Part shown: piece by piece, positions 41,772-51,703 of the stretch
Position numbering within the stretch: position 1 is the stretch's first letter
How the letters are laid out: each line of letters opens with the position of its first letter
From: Paramoeba atlantica
Lineage: Eukaryota > Protista > Discosea
Reading direction: 5' to 3'
NCBI GenBank assembly: GCA_977017575.1
Contig: CDRNVI010000002.1
Span: 558,001-622,000, forward strand
DNA: 64,000 nucleotides
Program-made: the position numbers and the translations under genes
Notes under the pieces: generated by a model
What the model saw: only the letters and a program-made list of their open reading frames with translations
Told to the model about the DNA's origin: nothing
Database searches by the model: none

Positions 41772-44644
41772 GAAATGCCCCCCACCCCAATTACTGCTCG
41801 TGCCCGTCGTCCCAGGCGACGACGGGTGGATATTCTTACCCCTGTTTCCTCCCCGTCTCTCCTCCAGCGCGAAAGACGGCCACGCGTGCGTGGCACTACT
41901 CCTCCTCCCCGCCCTCTCTCCCCGTTACGTCTAAGGCGCAGAAGCGTCTCCCTCCCAATCCGTCCTCTACCCCGGCTTCCCGTTCCCGTTTACGCCGCCG
42001 CCAAGACCGCCGCCGCCAAAACCGCCGCCGTCGTAACCGCCGACGCCGCACAGCCGCCAGGGAGACGCCGCCAGGAGTTGCTGAGGGCGATTCTTCGAAT
42101 GCCCCCCGAGGACCCGCGCGCCACCCAGATGAACGAGGCGCTCCAGCCCATGTGGGCGACGGCCACGTGGGCCACAAGGGAGCGATTGTGGTTCCGCCTG
42201 CGCGAGTATTGCCAGGCGAAGGGAATCACCGCGAATCCTGCAAACGCGGTGCTCTTCCTAGAGACTCTGCCTCTCGCTACCTCGACGCGCATGGGGTACG
42301 CAGGGGCATTGAGGACTCTGTTCGAGCTCATGGGAATCGAAGGTACCCCATTGAGTCTCTACGTAAAGGCCCTGCAGGCGCAGGGGGGGCTAGAACCCAC
42401 GCGGCAGATGCTACCAATCACGCCACTTCTTCTAAAGAAGCTGAGACGTCACCTCGACGTAAAGGAGAGCATGTGTTGCCTCCTGTGTTGGAAAGCCGCT
42501 GCGAGATGGACCGAGACCGCCGACCTGAGGCGGGAGCAGTTTGTGAGTGTGGCCAGTCACGAGGTAGTCATTTATTGGGGCAGGGGGACAAAGACGACTC
42601 GTCTGAATCCTTACCGACCGTACCTCTACGCGATAGTGACTGGCCCGGGGACACCCGAACTGGCTCAGTTTGTGGGAAGTTTGAGACCAGGCCAACGCCT
42701 GTGTTACACGACGGTCCGGGAGATGGACCACAGGATAAATCAGCTTCTCGGTCCGGGGTATGGAACGCATTCCATAAAAAGAGGGGCAATAACTTGCCTG
42801 TTTCACGAGATCTCCCTCGGGAATCTCAGGATGGAGGACGTCCAGAACCTCACGAAACACCTCAACGTCGAATCACTGCTGCGCTACAACGCAAGCAGTA
42901 TTACAACGGCAAGGGCTCTCGGGACGCAGAGAGTCTCAGCACGTCTCCCAGTGCTGTAACCTCGGAGCACGTGGCAAAGTGCTTCGAGGAAGTGCCTTAC
43001 CTTCGCAGGCACTCCGTTGTTTGTGCACGCCGCTCTTCACGGCTAGCCAAGGCACACGACGCTCACCTACCTTTGCACGTTAAGAAGTCGATACCTGTTA
43101 TCCATATGGATCAGGTTAAAGAGTGGATGAGTCTGTCAGCTGCCACTCGTTTTCGCAAGGTAGTGGATGAATTATTATGGGTACCTAAAGCCCCGTACCC
43201 CGAACCTAGTGTGAAAGGTTCGTTGCCTGAGGCGGACGTCCGATTGTTGGAGGACGCAGGCATAATCTCTAAGGTCCCGGCGCAGGAGTTGAGAAAGCGC
43301 CCATCGGTGCAGTTCATGATTCCCTTCACGGTTGTGGAGACCGATGATGAGGGCAATCAGCGCAGAAGATTTATTTCATGGACAAGGGACGATAACGATA
43401 GATTAAAATCATATGAACCAAAGGTCCCATTATATCATCCCTCCAAGTATCTTCATAAGGCGCACGAGCCGATGGCTGTGAAGCGGGACTTCACATGCGG
43501 GTTTTACCAGATTGGTATCCCGAAGAGGGCGCGGCCCAAATTCCGCCTTAGAACGAACAGTGGAGACGTGTATGAGATGAACGTCCTCCCGATGGGCCAT
43601 AGGTGTGCACCGGAGGTTATGCACACGGTTACCGCCGCGATTGCTGGCGAGGCGTCGATTTGTTCTCAGCGCTACTCGTTTCACCGAGGCGCTATCGACG
43701 TTTATGTTGACGGAGTTCGGTTTGCAGGAACCCACTCCGAGGCCACCACGTACGCTCAGTTCATTGACGAGCGTTGCGACAAGGCGAACGGTCTTTTCAA
43801 AGATCGGGGTCAGCCCCCTGTAGCACAGTACGTGTTCAATGGGGTGGCGTTCGACCATAACGCGCATACGGTCTGCCTGGGACCGCGAGTGATCAGGAAA
43901 CTGCGAGCCGACTCTTTCTTCAACATTTCCTTTGTTGACCTAGAGGCGGTGGTGGGGCGCCTCATTTATGGCTCCGCAGTTCTCCGACTCAATATGCCGC
44001 GGTTTTATTTCGCTTTGAAGGTGGCGCAACGGCGTATCAACTTGTTGAACCGTTGCCCGAAGTTATGTGACCGTCCGGTCGCACTCCCTGTCGTCACTCG
44101 CTCCATGCTAGCAGAGTGGAGAAACGAGTTGTTGGAGAATGTTCCACGGTCTCCACCTCCCCATCCCGATGTTGTTCCACACAAGCATCGTCTCTACACC
44201 GATGCCTCGGTGAAAGGATGGGGAGCGATTATGTATTTAGACAGCGGAGAGGTTTTGATTACGGGAGAGGCGTGGCCTGAGTCCTCCTCGTATGAGGTGA
44301 ATCGTGCGGAAGCTGCAGCAGTCCGCTTAGCCCTCGAGAAGTTTTCCGCGCATTGCCCCCGTGGAACCTGCTTGGATGTTTTTGTTGACAACACCTCCTG
44401 TCAGGCTGCACTGAACAGGAGGATCTCCAAGTCAGAGGGGGTTTCAATGGAATTGCGCGAAGTCCTGCGACTGACAGAGGAGAAAGGTATTTGTGTCAAG
44501 GCAGCGTATATATCCACGGATGAGAACCCGGCGGATGCTGTCAGTCGCGGGAAGGAGATTGAGATGGAGAAGGTCGAGAGATACGAAGGTAAGATCGAGA
44601 GAGACATTAGTAAGGTAGGCAGTCATATTCAGAGAAAGCCCTAA
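41715..44644 (+). CDS. -1 frame ORF: YR-overlapping linker + RT/RNase H (Y2)
   Basis: Stop-free 41609-44644. KRDFTCGFYQI, PMGHRCAP, YVDG, YTDAS, NRAE, FVDN, NPAD. Confidence 0.88.
41775..42959 (+). CDS. Tyrosine recombinase (Y2)
   Basis: AAARW, RGTKT, HSIKR, TKH, LRY. Confidence 0.9.
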   Translation: MPPTPITARARRPRRRRVDILTPVSSPSLLQRERRPRVRGTTPPPRPLSPLRLRRRSVSLPIRPLPRLPVPVYAAAKTAAAKTAAVVTADAAQPPGRRRQELLRAILRMPPEDPRATQMNEALQPMWATATWATRERLWFRLREYCQAKGITANPANAVLFLETLPLATSTRMGYAGALRTLFELMGIEGTPLSLYVKALQAQGGLEPTRQMLPITPLLLKKLRRHLDVKESMCCLLCWKAAARWTETADLRREQFVSVASHEVVIYWGRGTKTTRLNPYRPYLYAIVTGPGTPELAQFVGSLRPGQRLCYTTVREMDHRINQLLGPGYGTHSIKRGAITCLFHEISLGNLRMEDVQNLTKHLNVESLLRYNASSITTARALGTQRVSARLPVL

Positions 44645-45418
44645 GGGACAGGATCACCAAATACAAAAAAAAAACAAGAAAAGAAAAAAAAAGAAAAAAA
44701 ACAAAGACAAGAAAAAAAGAAAAAAAACAAAGACAAAAAAAAAAAAAAAAAAAAAAAGCGGACGGGGTCCTGGGGTATGGAGGTTGTCCCTATAATTTTG
44801 GAAGGTTATGGATGTTAATCGGTTAACAGGTCTTTATTCTCACTCCTTGTTTTTTCGGAAGCAAGGTTCCCCAATGTGAGGTAGGGATGAGTAAAGGTTT
44901 CCTTTGCACTACGGTTAGCGCCTTAATGTTTTTAGCCGCGTCACTGTTGACACGGCCCTACGCATCACGCCTAGTTGCTCCACACTTCTAGGTACACAAG
45001 TTGGTCTAGGGCAGAGGATAAAAACGTAACCTGCGTAGCTCGTGTGAGCTTGTAAAGGGCGTGGCAGTGGACTGGTCATCTATTGCTATCGTTATCCTTT
45101 TGTGAGTTCTGGGATGGTATATGAAAAATTATTTTACTATGTGATTGGGCATTTCTTTTGTTTATTTATATTGATTGTGTGACGTGTGTGTGGGCAGGTT
45201 GGCCGAGGGTTCCGGTGGGGGGAACCCCGTTAACAACGTGACATATGATTTTTGGTTTTATGCAGGCTTTCTTTTGAACGAGGTATAAGCGTGTGAATTC
45301 TATCTACTATACGTTCTTGGATTTCGGGACGATTTGGATGTGTGATTATATTAGTCATAGTTGTTTACTTATATTTGTTTGTTTACGTATATGTTTTCAT
45401 GGAGCCCCTCGGCGTGGA

Positions 45419-46196
45419 TTTCGCAAGCGAAAAGGGGAACCACGAGTGGCTGATGTACACTGCACGTTTCGTTCCTTCACAGCAATTCACTTTCGCCATA
45501 CTGCCGCGATTCAATCTACCACATCCGAACTTACCACCAAACGTACAATGTCCGGGGTGTCAAGTCACATATGACTCAGCCACAGCACTGCGGCACATCC
45601 CTGCATGTACGAAATGTCCGGGAATCAACGCTACAACTAAACACAATGCCCTCGTACGCTATATATATGGGCTGTGCCTCAAAGCAGGATTGCCGGCTGA
45701 ACGCGAACCACGACAGTTCACATCTTACAAGTGTATGAAGTGCTCCGAAACAGTCGCCGAACGTCTTAAAAATGAGCACATGAAGAGGTGTACTACGGGA
45801 CGCATGCATCGCACAGGGCCAGACCTTGTTGTCTACTGGGCTTCTGGGGAAAAATTCTATGACCTCACCGTGGTTCATGAATTGGCCCCATCGCATCAAG
45901 GCAAAAAGGCCCCCCAACTCATGCGTGACGCGATCTCCCGCAAGCAAAACACCTATGTCGCATCAGGTTTGATCGAATCAGGACAATTCGAATGCATACC
46001 GATGCTCGCCGGAGGGGCACTTCATAAAAACACACGCAATCTACTATACGCGCTCGCGGACCGTTGCCAAATGCCTAGAGAAGATGTGATTCAACATTTT
46101 ATTCTGCATCTCCAGGAACTAAACGGAACAACAACGCATGCTCACATGCGTCCGTTTCTTTCTTCCAATATGCAGGAAAAGGAATATGGTTTTTAA
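45419..46196 (+). pseudogene. Zinc-finger/RLE C-terminus of SLACS-like B1
   Basis: CPGC..HIPACTKC, TKHNALVR, GPDL, YDLTVVH. Confidence 0.88.
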
Positions 46197-46422
46197 TATG
46201 AGAGAGAAGAAGAGAAGTCTGATTTAACCAATGCAGGCAATCCCAATGAATAAAAAAAAAGGAGAAGTGACACGTAAACTCCCTAGATATCAAAAAAAAA
46301 AAATCGTAGTTTTGTTAAGACAAAAAAAAAAAAAAAAAAAAAAGGCTAATATCGGGTCAAATGCCCCGGAAGGGGGAACAAGCTTGAAAAACACCGGGCA
46401 ATTTTCCGGCGGCTGAAAACCA

Positions 46423-49400
46423 CTAGCCCCGAATTGGGCGGACCATGAGCCTCCGTGTGAAATCACATCGCGGAATCTAATCAAAATCAAAGCCAAGAAC
46501 TTCCGCATCGGATCTACGAGTCAATCACACGAGAACATAGCCCATGACGAAAACCATATCCAAGAGGACCCAGCCAAAGAAATGTCCGAAACAGAAAGCG
46601 AGACCAGTGATACAATGTGTCTGGACGACGATGGATCGACGCAAGATCGAGTACAGGAGCTAATGACACAGGCCGGCAACAAATCGCCCGACCAAGTGTA
46701 CAACATCGTTTCCAAGTGGGGCAAGGGTACAGAATGTGTGATCGAATGGGGCTTCCGACAGAACACTACAAACTACAAGTCAAACGGCATCGTTGTAGGC
46801 AGGACCGTGCGAAAATCAACCGTGAAAGTCAAGATTTCATACGAGCCGGCTCTAGGTCACGATGGTCCATGCGGTTTTCTTTATCTTCCACCGTCCAATA
46901 AAATCAGAATCTGTAACCTCCAAGCCACTAAGTTATTCAAAATCGAGATGCCGACACAAAATTTGGAGGAACAAGCGGAGCACATCTCATGCGAAGACGG
47001 TCAGAGTGACCTTGATCCGCTCCCGCCTATGGCTCAAATAGACCCATCTTTCGCGGTTCATGTTGTGGCGATTTTCCGTGCGATAATTCGGGGATATGCA
47101 GCGGCGGAGCTTGACTCAGAAAAAGAGGCGATATGGCACAAATTTTTGAATGCGCCTCGCGATTCACTTGCGACAGTACGTCAAGCAATTCGACGAAACC
47201 AAAAAGTAGCTCATGTTCGCAACGACCGAGAAAACTTGGAAGCTAGCAACTTGAGTGCGGAACAACGGGCGGAGTTAGAAATTGACAGGCGTTCGATCAG
47301 GCACGCCCTACAGACGGCGCGGGCAGGAAACCTTGGCAAAGCAACTCGGATCCTGGACAATGTCTACAAGGAATCAGCTCTCACTCCTGAAGAAAAAGTG
47401 CGAAAGCTTCAACAACTTCATCCTGAAGGCGACGCCATACGAATCCCGGAAGCAGACTTCCCACGGACTGGCGTTGTTGAGAAATCAGAGGTTCGCCTAG
47501 CGACCGAAAAATTATCCAGAGGCGCTTCACCAGGACCAACCGGCCTGAGTGAAAGCATGATGCGACTGCTCGTAGACGACGAAGAGTCATGTCTTTCACT
47601 TTGCCACATGCTTCGGGATGTCATCAACGGCGAAGTTCCTCTGAATGTGCGAAAACGTCTAACCCGATGCAGAATCATCGCGCTAGCGAAACCTCAAAAT
47701 GGAATTCGACCTATTGCGATGGGGGATACCATTCTGAAGATTTGCGGTTCCATCCTTCTACAACGACATGAAAACGCTCTGCAAATTTTTTTCTCCCCAA
47801 TTCAACGAGGCATTTTGCAAAAAAACGCATGTGAGTCCATCGTTCACGAACTTTTAAATGAATACGAAGAAGGACATGCTCTCCTCACCGTCGATTTTAG
47901 CAACGCGTATAATACACCACAACGCAACGCCATTGCTGAGGCACTCCTTGGTAATCCCATTTTCAAGCCTTTCATGCGCCTATTCTACCTAGAATATGGG
48001 ATTCCCTCTGAGCTGCTATTTTTTGCGCACAATGCTCTGTTTGCTACCATCGAAAGCTCTTCAGGAATTCGCCAAGGATCGGCACTTTCATCAATGTACT
48101 TCTGCGCACTTTTGCAAGGCCCGCTACGAGAACTCATGCACCTCTATCCTGACGTGAAGATCCGAGCATACCAAGACGATGTGACTTTGAGCTCCAAAAA
48201 CGTGCAAGCATTGGAGGCAGCTTTCTTTTACCTGCGTGAGATCGCCGCAGAGATGAACCTCCGAATTAATTTCCAGAAATGCGATTGGTTTCAGAAGAAC
48301 ATTCCCAACATAGCTCAGCCTCCTCCGTTGGAAAAACTTGGAGTAAACTTTTGCAGTGATGCGATAAAAGTCTTAGGCGCATACGTAGGTACAGACCAAG
48401 TCGTGGAAAATCTGCTGATCAAGAAAATGGAGAAACACAAGTGCCTATTCCGCAGGTTGTTGCTTATGGGTCCCAGTAACTTGTCTCTTGCCATTCTCCG
48501 CCGTTGTACGATTCCACGGCACGATTACCATCTACGAGTACATCGGCCAGGCGCTACTTTCCAACTAGCACAATCCTTCGAGAACCAAGTAAACAAAGTT
48601 CTAGAAAAGTGGAGTGGAGCAGACGCAAACGCCCTGAAACTCGCCGCTCTACCACAGAAACTCGGTGGCCTAGGCTTAATTTCCTCGACTCTGAAGCAAA
48701 AACATTTCTTCGAAACTGCCAGCAAATCTATTGATGAGCACCTTAAACCCAATAACGCTCCGGTAGATCAGAAAGGCAGCGAAAAAGCTGTGAAACAACC
48801 GCAAAGCCGAGGAGAGGCAGCGCGCAAGCTATTGAAAAAGAAGCTAAGTGCAGAACACGATAAACAGATAACTGAGCTGCAGAAGGATTCTCACATGGGA
48901 CTTTTATTGAAGCGTACAAAGGAATCAAACATGCATTTAGAAAGCACCAGCAATTATGTAAACCCGTACCTCTTCCGATACACTTTGATGATGCGTTTGG
49001 GCATCGGATTACATAACGCACCGGCCGATGTTATATGCCCTGGATGCTGTGGCCATGAATCTCCTACCAGCATTATACCACACGTCGCAGGATGCTCCCG
49101 GTGCTCGGGCATGAATTGCACCAGAAAGCACTCACACATAGTGAGGTACCTCGCAGATTTGTGCTCCAAAGCTGGTCTCCCTTGTATTATCGAACCGCGC
49201 ATCCATTCTTCGTTTTTCTGTACTAAGTGCAAGTGTTCCATCTCAGCGGAAGTAGCTGAACATCATCCTTGCAAAGCCCGCAGAATCCGATCCGGTCCTG
49301 ATCTTGCTATTATGTGGCCCCACATGGGGGAGGTCCTGTATGATTTTACCGTTGTTCACACTTGTTGCAGCAGCTATGCCAAACAAACAAGTACAGCGCT

Positions 49401-49826
49401 GATGCAGCACGTGCTCGACAAGAAATTCAAGAAGTACGTTACGGAGAAAGGCGTAGAAAGCGACTCTTTTCGTTGCCTGGCCGCCTCTGACTGCGGTCTT
49501 CTGCACAACGACACCAAAACCCTCCTCAAGGCATTATCCCAACGAGCCAAACAAAAGTACGAAGACGTACGTGAGGCCTTCCAACTCGAGATAGAAAAGC
49601 TAGCAGCGTATACTATTGTATCGCAGCTCCGCGAGTATATTCCAGAAGCACATTGGATTGGTGGACTGCGTCAGTGAGTCGACCAACAAGTTCGCACATT
49701 AGAAAAGCTCTTAAAAGTTCTTATTATTATTCACAACGATTATCCGTGTTTAGAATGCCTGCGAGATTTAGGATAATACGAACGATCTTTGGGAGAAGGC
49801 TCAGAAAAAGAAAAAAAAAAAAAAAG
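46423..49826 (+). mobile_element. 5'-truncated SLACS/CZAR-like element, family B3
   Basis: Frame open from ~46423. 3' UTR and A-tail end at ~49826. Confidence 0.88.
46582..49677 (+). CDS. B3 polyprotein (Tudor/SH3-like module, RT, zinc fingers, RLE); true start lost
   Basis: SPGPTG, RPIAMGD, VDFSNAYN, GIRQGSALS, YQDD, CPGC..C, TRKH, CTKC, GPDL, YDFTVVH. Confidence 0.9.
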   Translation: MSETESETSDTMCLDDDGSTQDRVQELMTQAGNKSPDQVYNIVSKWGKGTECVIEWGFRQNTTNYKSNGIVVGRTVRKSTVKVKISYEPALGHDGPCGFLYLPPSNKIRICNLQATKLFKIEMPTQNLEEQAEHISCEDGQSDLDPLPPMAQIDPSFAVHVVAIFRAIIRGYAAAELDSEKEAIWHKFLNAPRDSLATVRQAIRRNQKVAHVRNDRENLEASNLSAEQRAELEIDRRSIRHALQTARAGNLGKATRILDNVYKESALTPEEKVRKLQQLHPEGDAIRIPEADFPRTGVVEKSEVRLATEKLSRGASPGPTGLSESMMRLLVDDEESCLSLCHMLRDVINGEVPLNVRKRLTRCRIIALAKPQNGIRPIAMGDTILKICGSILLQRHENALQIFFSPIQRGILQKNACESIVHELLNEYEEGHALLTVDFSNAYNTPQRNAIAEALLGNPIFKPFMRLFYLEYGIPSELLFFAHNALFATIESSSGIRQGSALSSMYFCALLQGPLRELMHLYPDVKIRAYQDDVTLSSKNVQALEAAFFYLREIAAEMNLRINFQKCDWFQKNIPNIAQPPPLEKLGVNFCSDAIKVLGAYVGTDQVVENLLIKKMEKHKCLFRRLLLMGPSNLSLAILRRCTIPRHDYHLRVHRPGATFQLAQSFENQVNKVLEKWSGADANALKLAALPQKLGGLGLISSTLKQKHFFETASKSIDEHLKPNNAPVDQKGSEKAVKQPQSRGEAARKLLKKKLSAEHDKQITELQKDSHMGLLLKRTKESNMHLESTSNYVNPYLFRYTLMMRLGIGLHNAPADVICPGCCGHESPTSIIPHVAGCSRCSGMNCTRKHSHIVRYLADLCSKAGLPCIIEPRIHSSFFCTKCKCSISAEVAEHHPCKARRIRSGPDLAIMWPHMGEVLYDFTVVHTCCSSYAKQTSTALMQHVLDKKFKKYVTEKGVESDSFRCLAASDCGLLHNDTKTLLKALSQRAKQKYEDVREAFQLEIEKLAAYTIVSQLREYIPEAHWIGGLRQ

Positions 49827-50133
49827 TGGAGTGGTCGAAAGACCCGGTCCGGAACGCGCGAATGGATTGGGTCTGTATTGCTTGTTTTAGTTTTTACTGT
49901 TTCTTGTTTGTAGTATATACTTAGGGGAGATTAAATTGCTAGTTTTGGGCTGAGAAAAAACAAAAGGTACATCTGTGGAAACAAAAAGAATTGCTAATTT
50001 GATTGCTTGTTTTCAACTCGTATACCCCCCCAATGGACCTACTTGGTTCGTCTACTGGGTCAAAATATAGAGGCAATGCCGCGATTCATACTTTTCCCCC
50101 CTTATTAACTGCAAAAAAAAAAAAAAAAAAAAA
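49826..50133 (+). mobile_element. Tail-only group-A copy inserted in the A-tail of B3
   Basis: Matches 17636-17949, with A-tracts on both sides. Confidence 0.9.
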
Positions 50134-50279
50134 TAGAATATATTTTAGAAGAAAGAATTTTTCAGTCTTGAACGTTTGAGGTAAGTTTGATTGAAATGGC
50201 CAGGTATCGATCGCTGGCGGCGCTTGATGCCACGCTAGTTTATAGATCCGTACGTCCTCTTGTGGAGGTAAAACAATGA

Positions 50280-51262
50280 AAGATTACTATACGGAAGTGC
50301 CTCATGGGCACTTACAACTCAACAACACGACAAGCTCAATTTAGTTTACATGGGAATGGTAAAATTTGCAATGGGAATACCTACCGCAAAAGCACTAAGG
50401 AACCCATAAGGACATGCACAAGCGCAAGGCTACTCGATAAAACGTACATCGCACAAGTACACACTTCGAAGATCCGAATTATGTCCATTAAGAGTAAAAA
50501 TCGACACTCGCATTATGGAATTTGCTGGGCATATAGCAAGGATGCAAAACGACAGGACTCCCAACAAAATACTTTTTGGAAAATACGCAGCCTCATCAAC
50601 CGCCCTCTCCCGTCCACCTGTATTTGAAAGAACCGTCATCTCTGCGGTTGAGAGAACAAACATGCCATCGAACATTACATGGAAAAGTATGGCCCAAGAT
50701 AGAACACAATGGTCCAGGTACATCACACAATACAATTCGAAGCACAAGCCTATTACGAAACAAAAGAATAAGCGTCAAAAATTAATGAATTGACAAAGCG
50801 TTAAATCTGAAACTCCACCGCCCGGCGTCAATAAAGAAAGGCGCTAAAGAACTAGGGCGTCGGGAGTTTTGCGGAAACACACTATCTGGCACCACCAAAA
50901 CGAGGTGCTAAGAAACTAGGGTAGTATGTCTTTCCCGTGGATGGGGTTACCCGGCGTCAGCAAAACAAGATGCCAAATAATTAGGGTAAACGCCCAGACA
51001 CACCAAACTGGAACCAGCTGCTGCGGCTTTACGCTTGCGCGAGAGCTGGTATGGCCATGGGGCGCTGCAAGCATCTTTACAGAATTGCCAGCAGTGTAGG
51101 GGTACTTGCGCACCCCGCCTCCCAAGCAAAAATGGAACCAACTTCCTACACCGAGCTACACGCTCTGCAGTTAGTTGGTGTGAGGCACCTCAGCTCTCTC
51201 TGAGGAGGTAACATCCCTTTATTGGGATATATGCCTTTACCATCATCATCATCATCATCATC
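50280..51262 (+). mobile_element. 3' fragment of an RTE-like LINE (degenerate ORF end to 50793, structured 3' UTR, (CAT)7 tail)
   Basis: LLYGSASWALT, IDTRIMEFAGHIARM..PNKILFG match the 28964 ORF. (CAT)n at 51242-51262. Confidence 0.82.
50820..50989 (+). repeat. Three copies of a fixed-geometry stem-bulge-stem motif
   Basis: 50820-50858, 50882-50924 and 50947-50989, each with a 6-bp stem, 10-nt loop and 9-nt bulge. Confidence 0.8.
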
Positions 51263-51488
51263 AATAATACCAAAGATTTCTAATAGACCGAAACTAAAAA
51301 CCTGTTCAGAGGCCCAGTTCCTGAGATGTCTCCTGCGTTAGATAATTTTTCAGCTGGGAAAATACCACTGATCCGTTCAACTCTTGAAGGTGCAACGAAA
51401 ATTCGTTCAAAGTTTTCCCTCTTTCAAGCCCACAGCAGTCCGCTAGCGTATGCAGAAGGGTCTTGAGCCCTTGATGCATGGCGCCGCC

Positions 51489-51523
51489 GGAGAGGACTGG
51501 GAGAGGACTGGGAGAGGACTGGG
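51489..51523 (+). repeat. 11-bp tandem repeat (GAGAGGACTGG)x3
   Basis: Direct reading. Confidence 0.9.
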
Positions 51524-51703
51524 TTGGTTCGCGACGTGGTGGGCATAATGCCCGTTCGTAAGTTACATATAGGAAGTGATTGCTAGGTTCTAAGAGCTCT
51601 ATTTTGTGATACTTCTGCTACGTGTGATACTTGTAATACTTATTGCAAAGTAAATGTGTATAGCCGGATAAATCTTCTACATGGGAAATATTGATTTCTT
51701 TGC

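Larger units (their letters stand above)
40190..45418 (+). mobile_element. Tyrosine-recombinase retrotransposon Y2 (gag-YR-RT/RH), apparently intact; boundaries approximate
   Basis: Three complete ORFs. Interrupts B1 between AILS and ASEKG with no visible TSD. Confidence 0.85.
22813..46260 (+). mobile_element. SLACS/CZAR-like CRE element B1, split into four pieces (22813-23302, 24015-25792, 38391-40189, ~45419-46260) by nested insertions
   Basis: Homology to 51704-54220 resumes across the gaps: VVAIF|RGIIGDY and VSAILS|ASEKG. A Pro-rich linker runs across the first gap. One frameshift near 23100. Confidence 0.82.
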
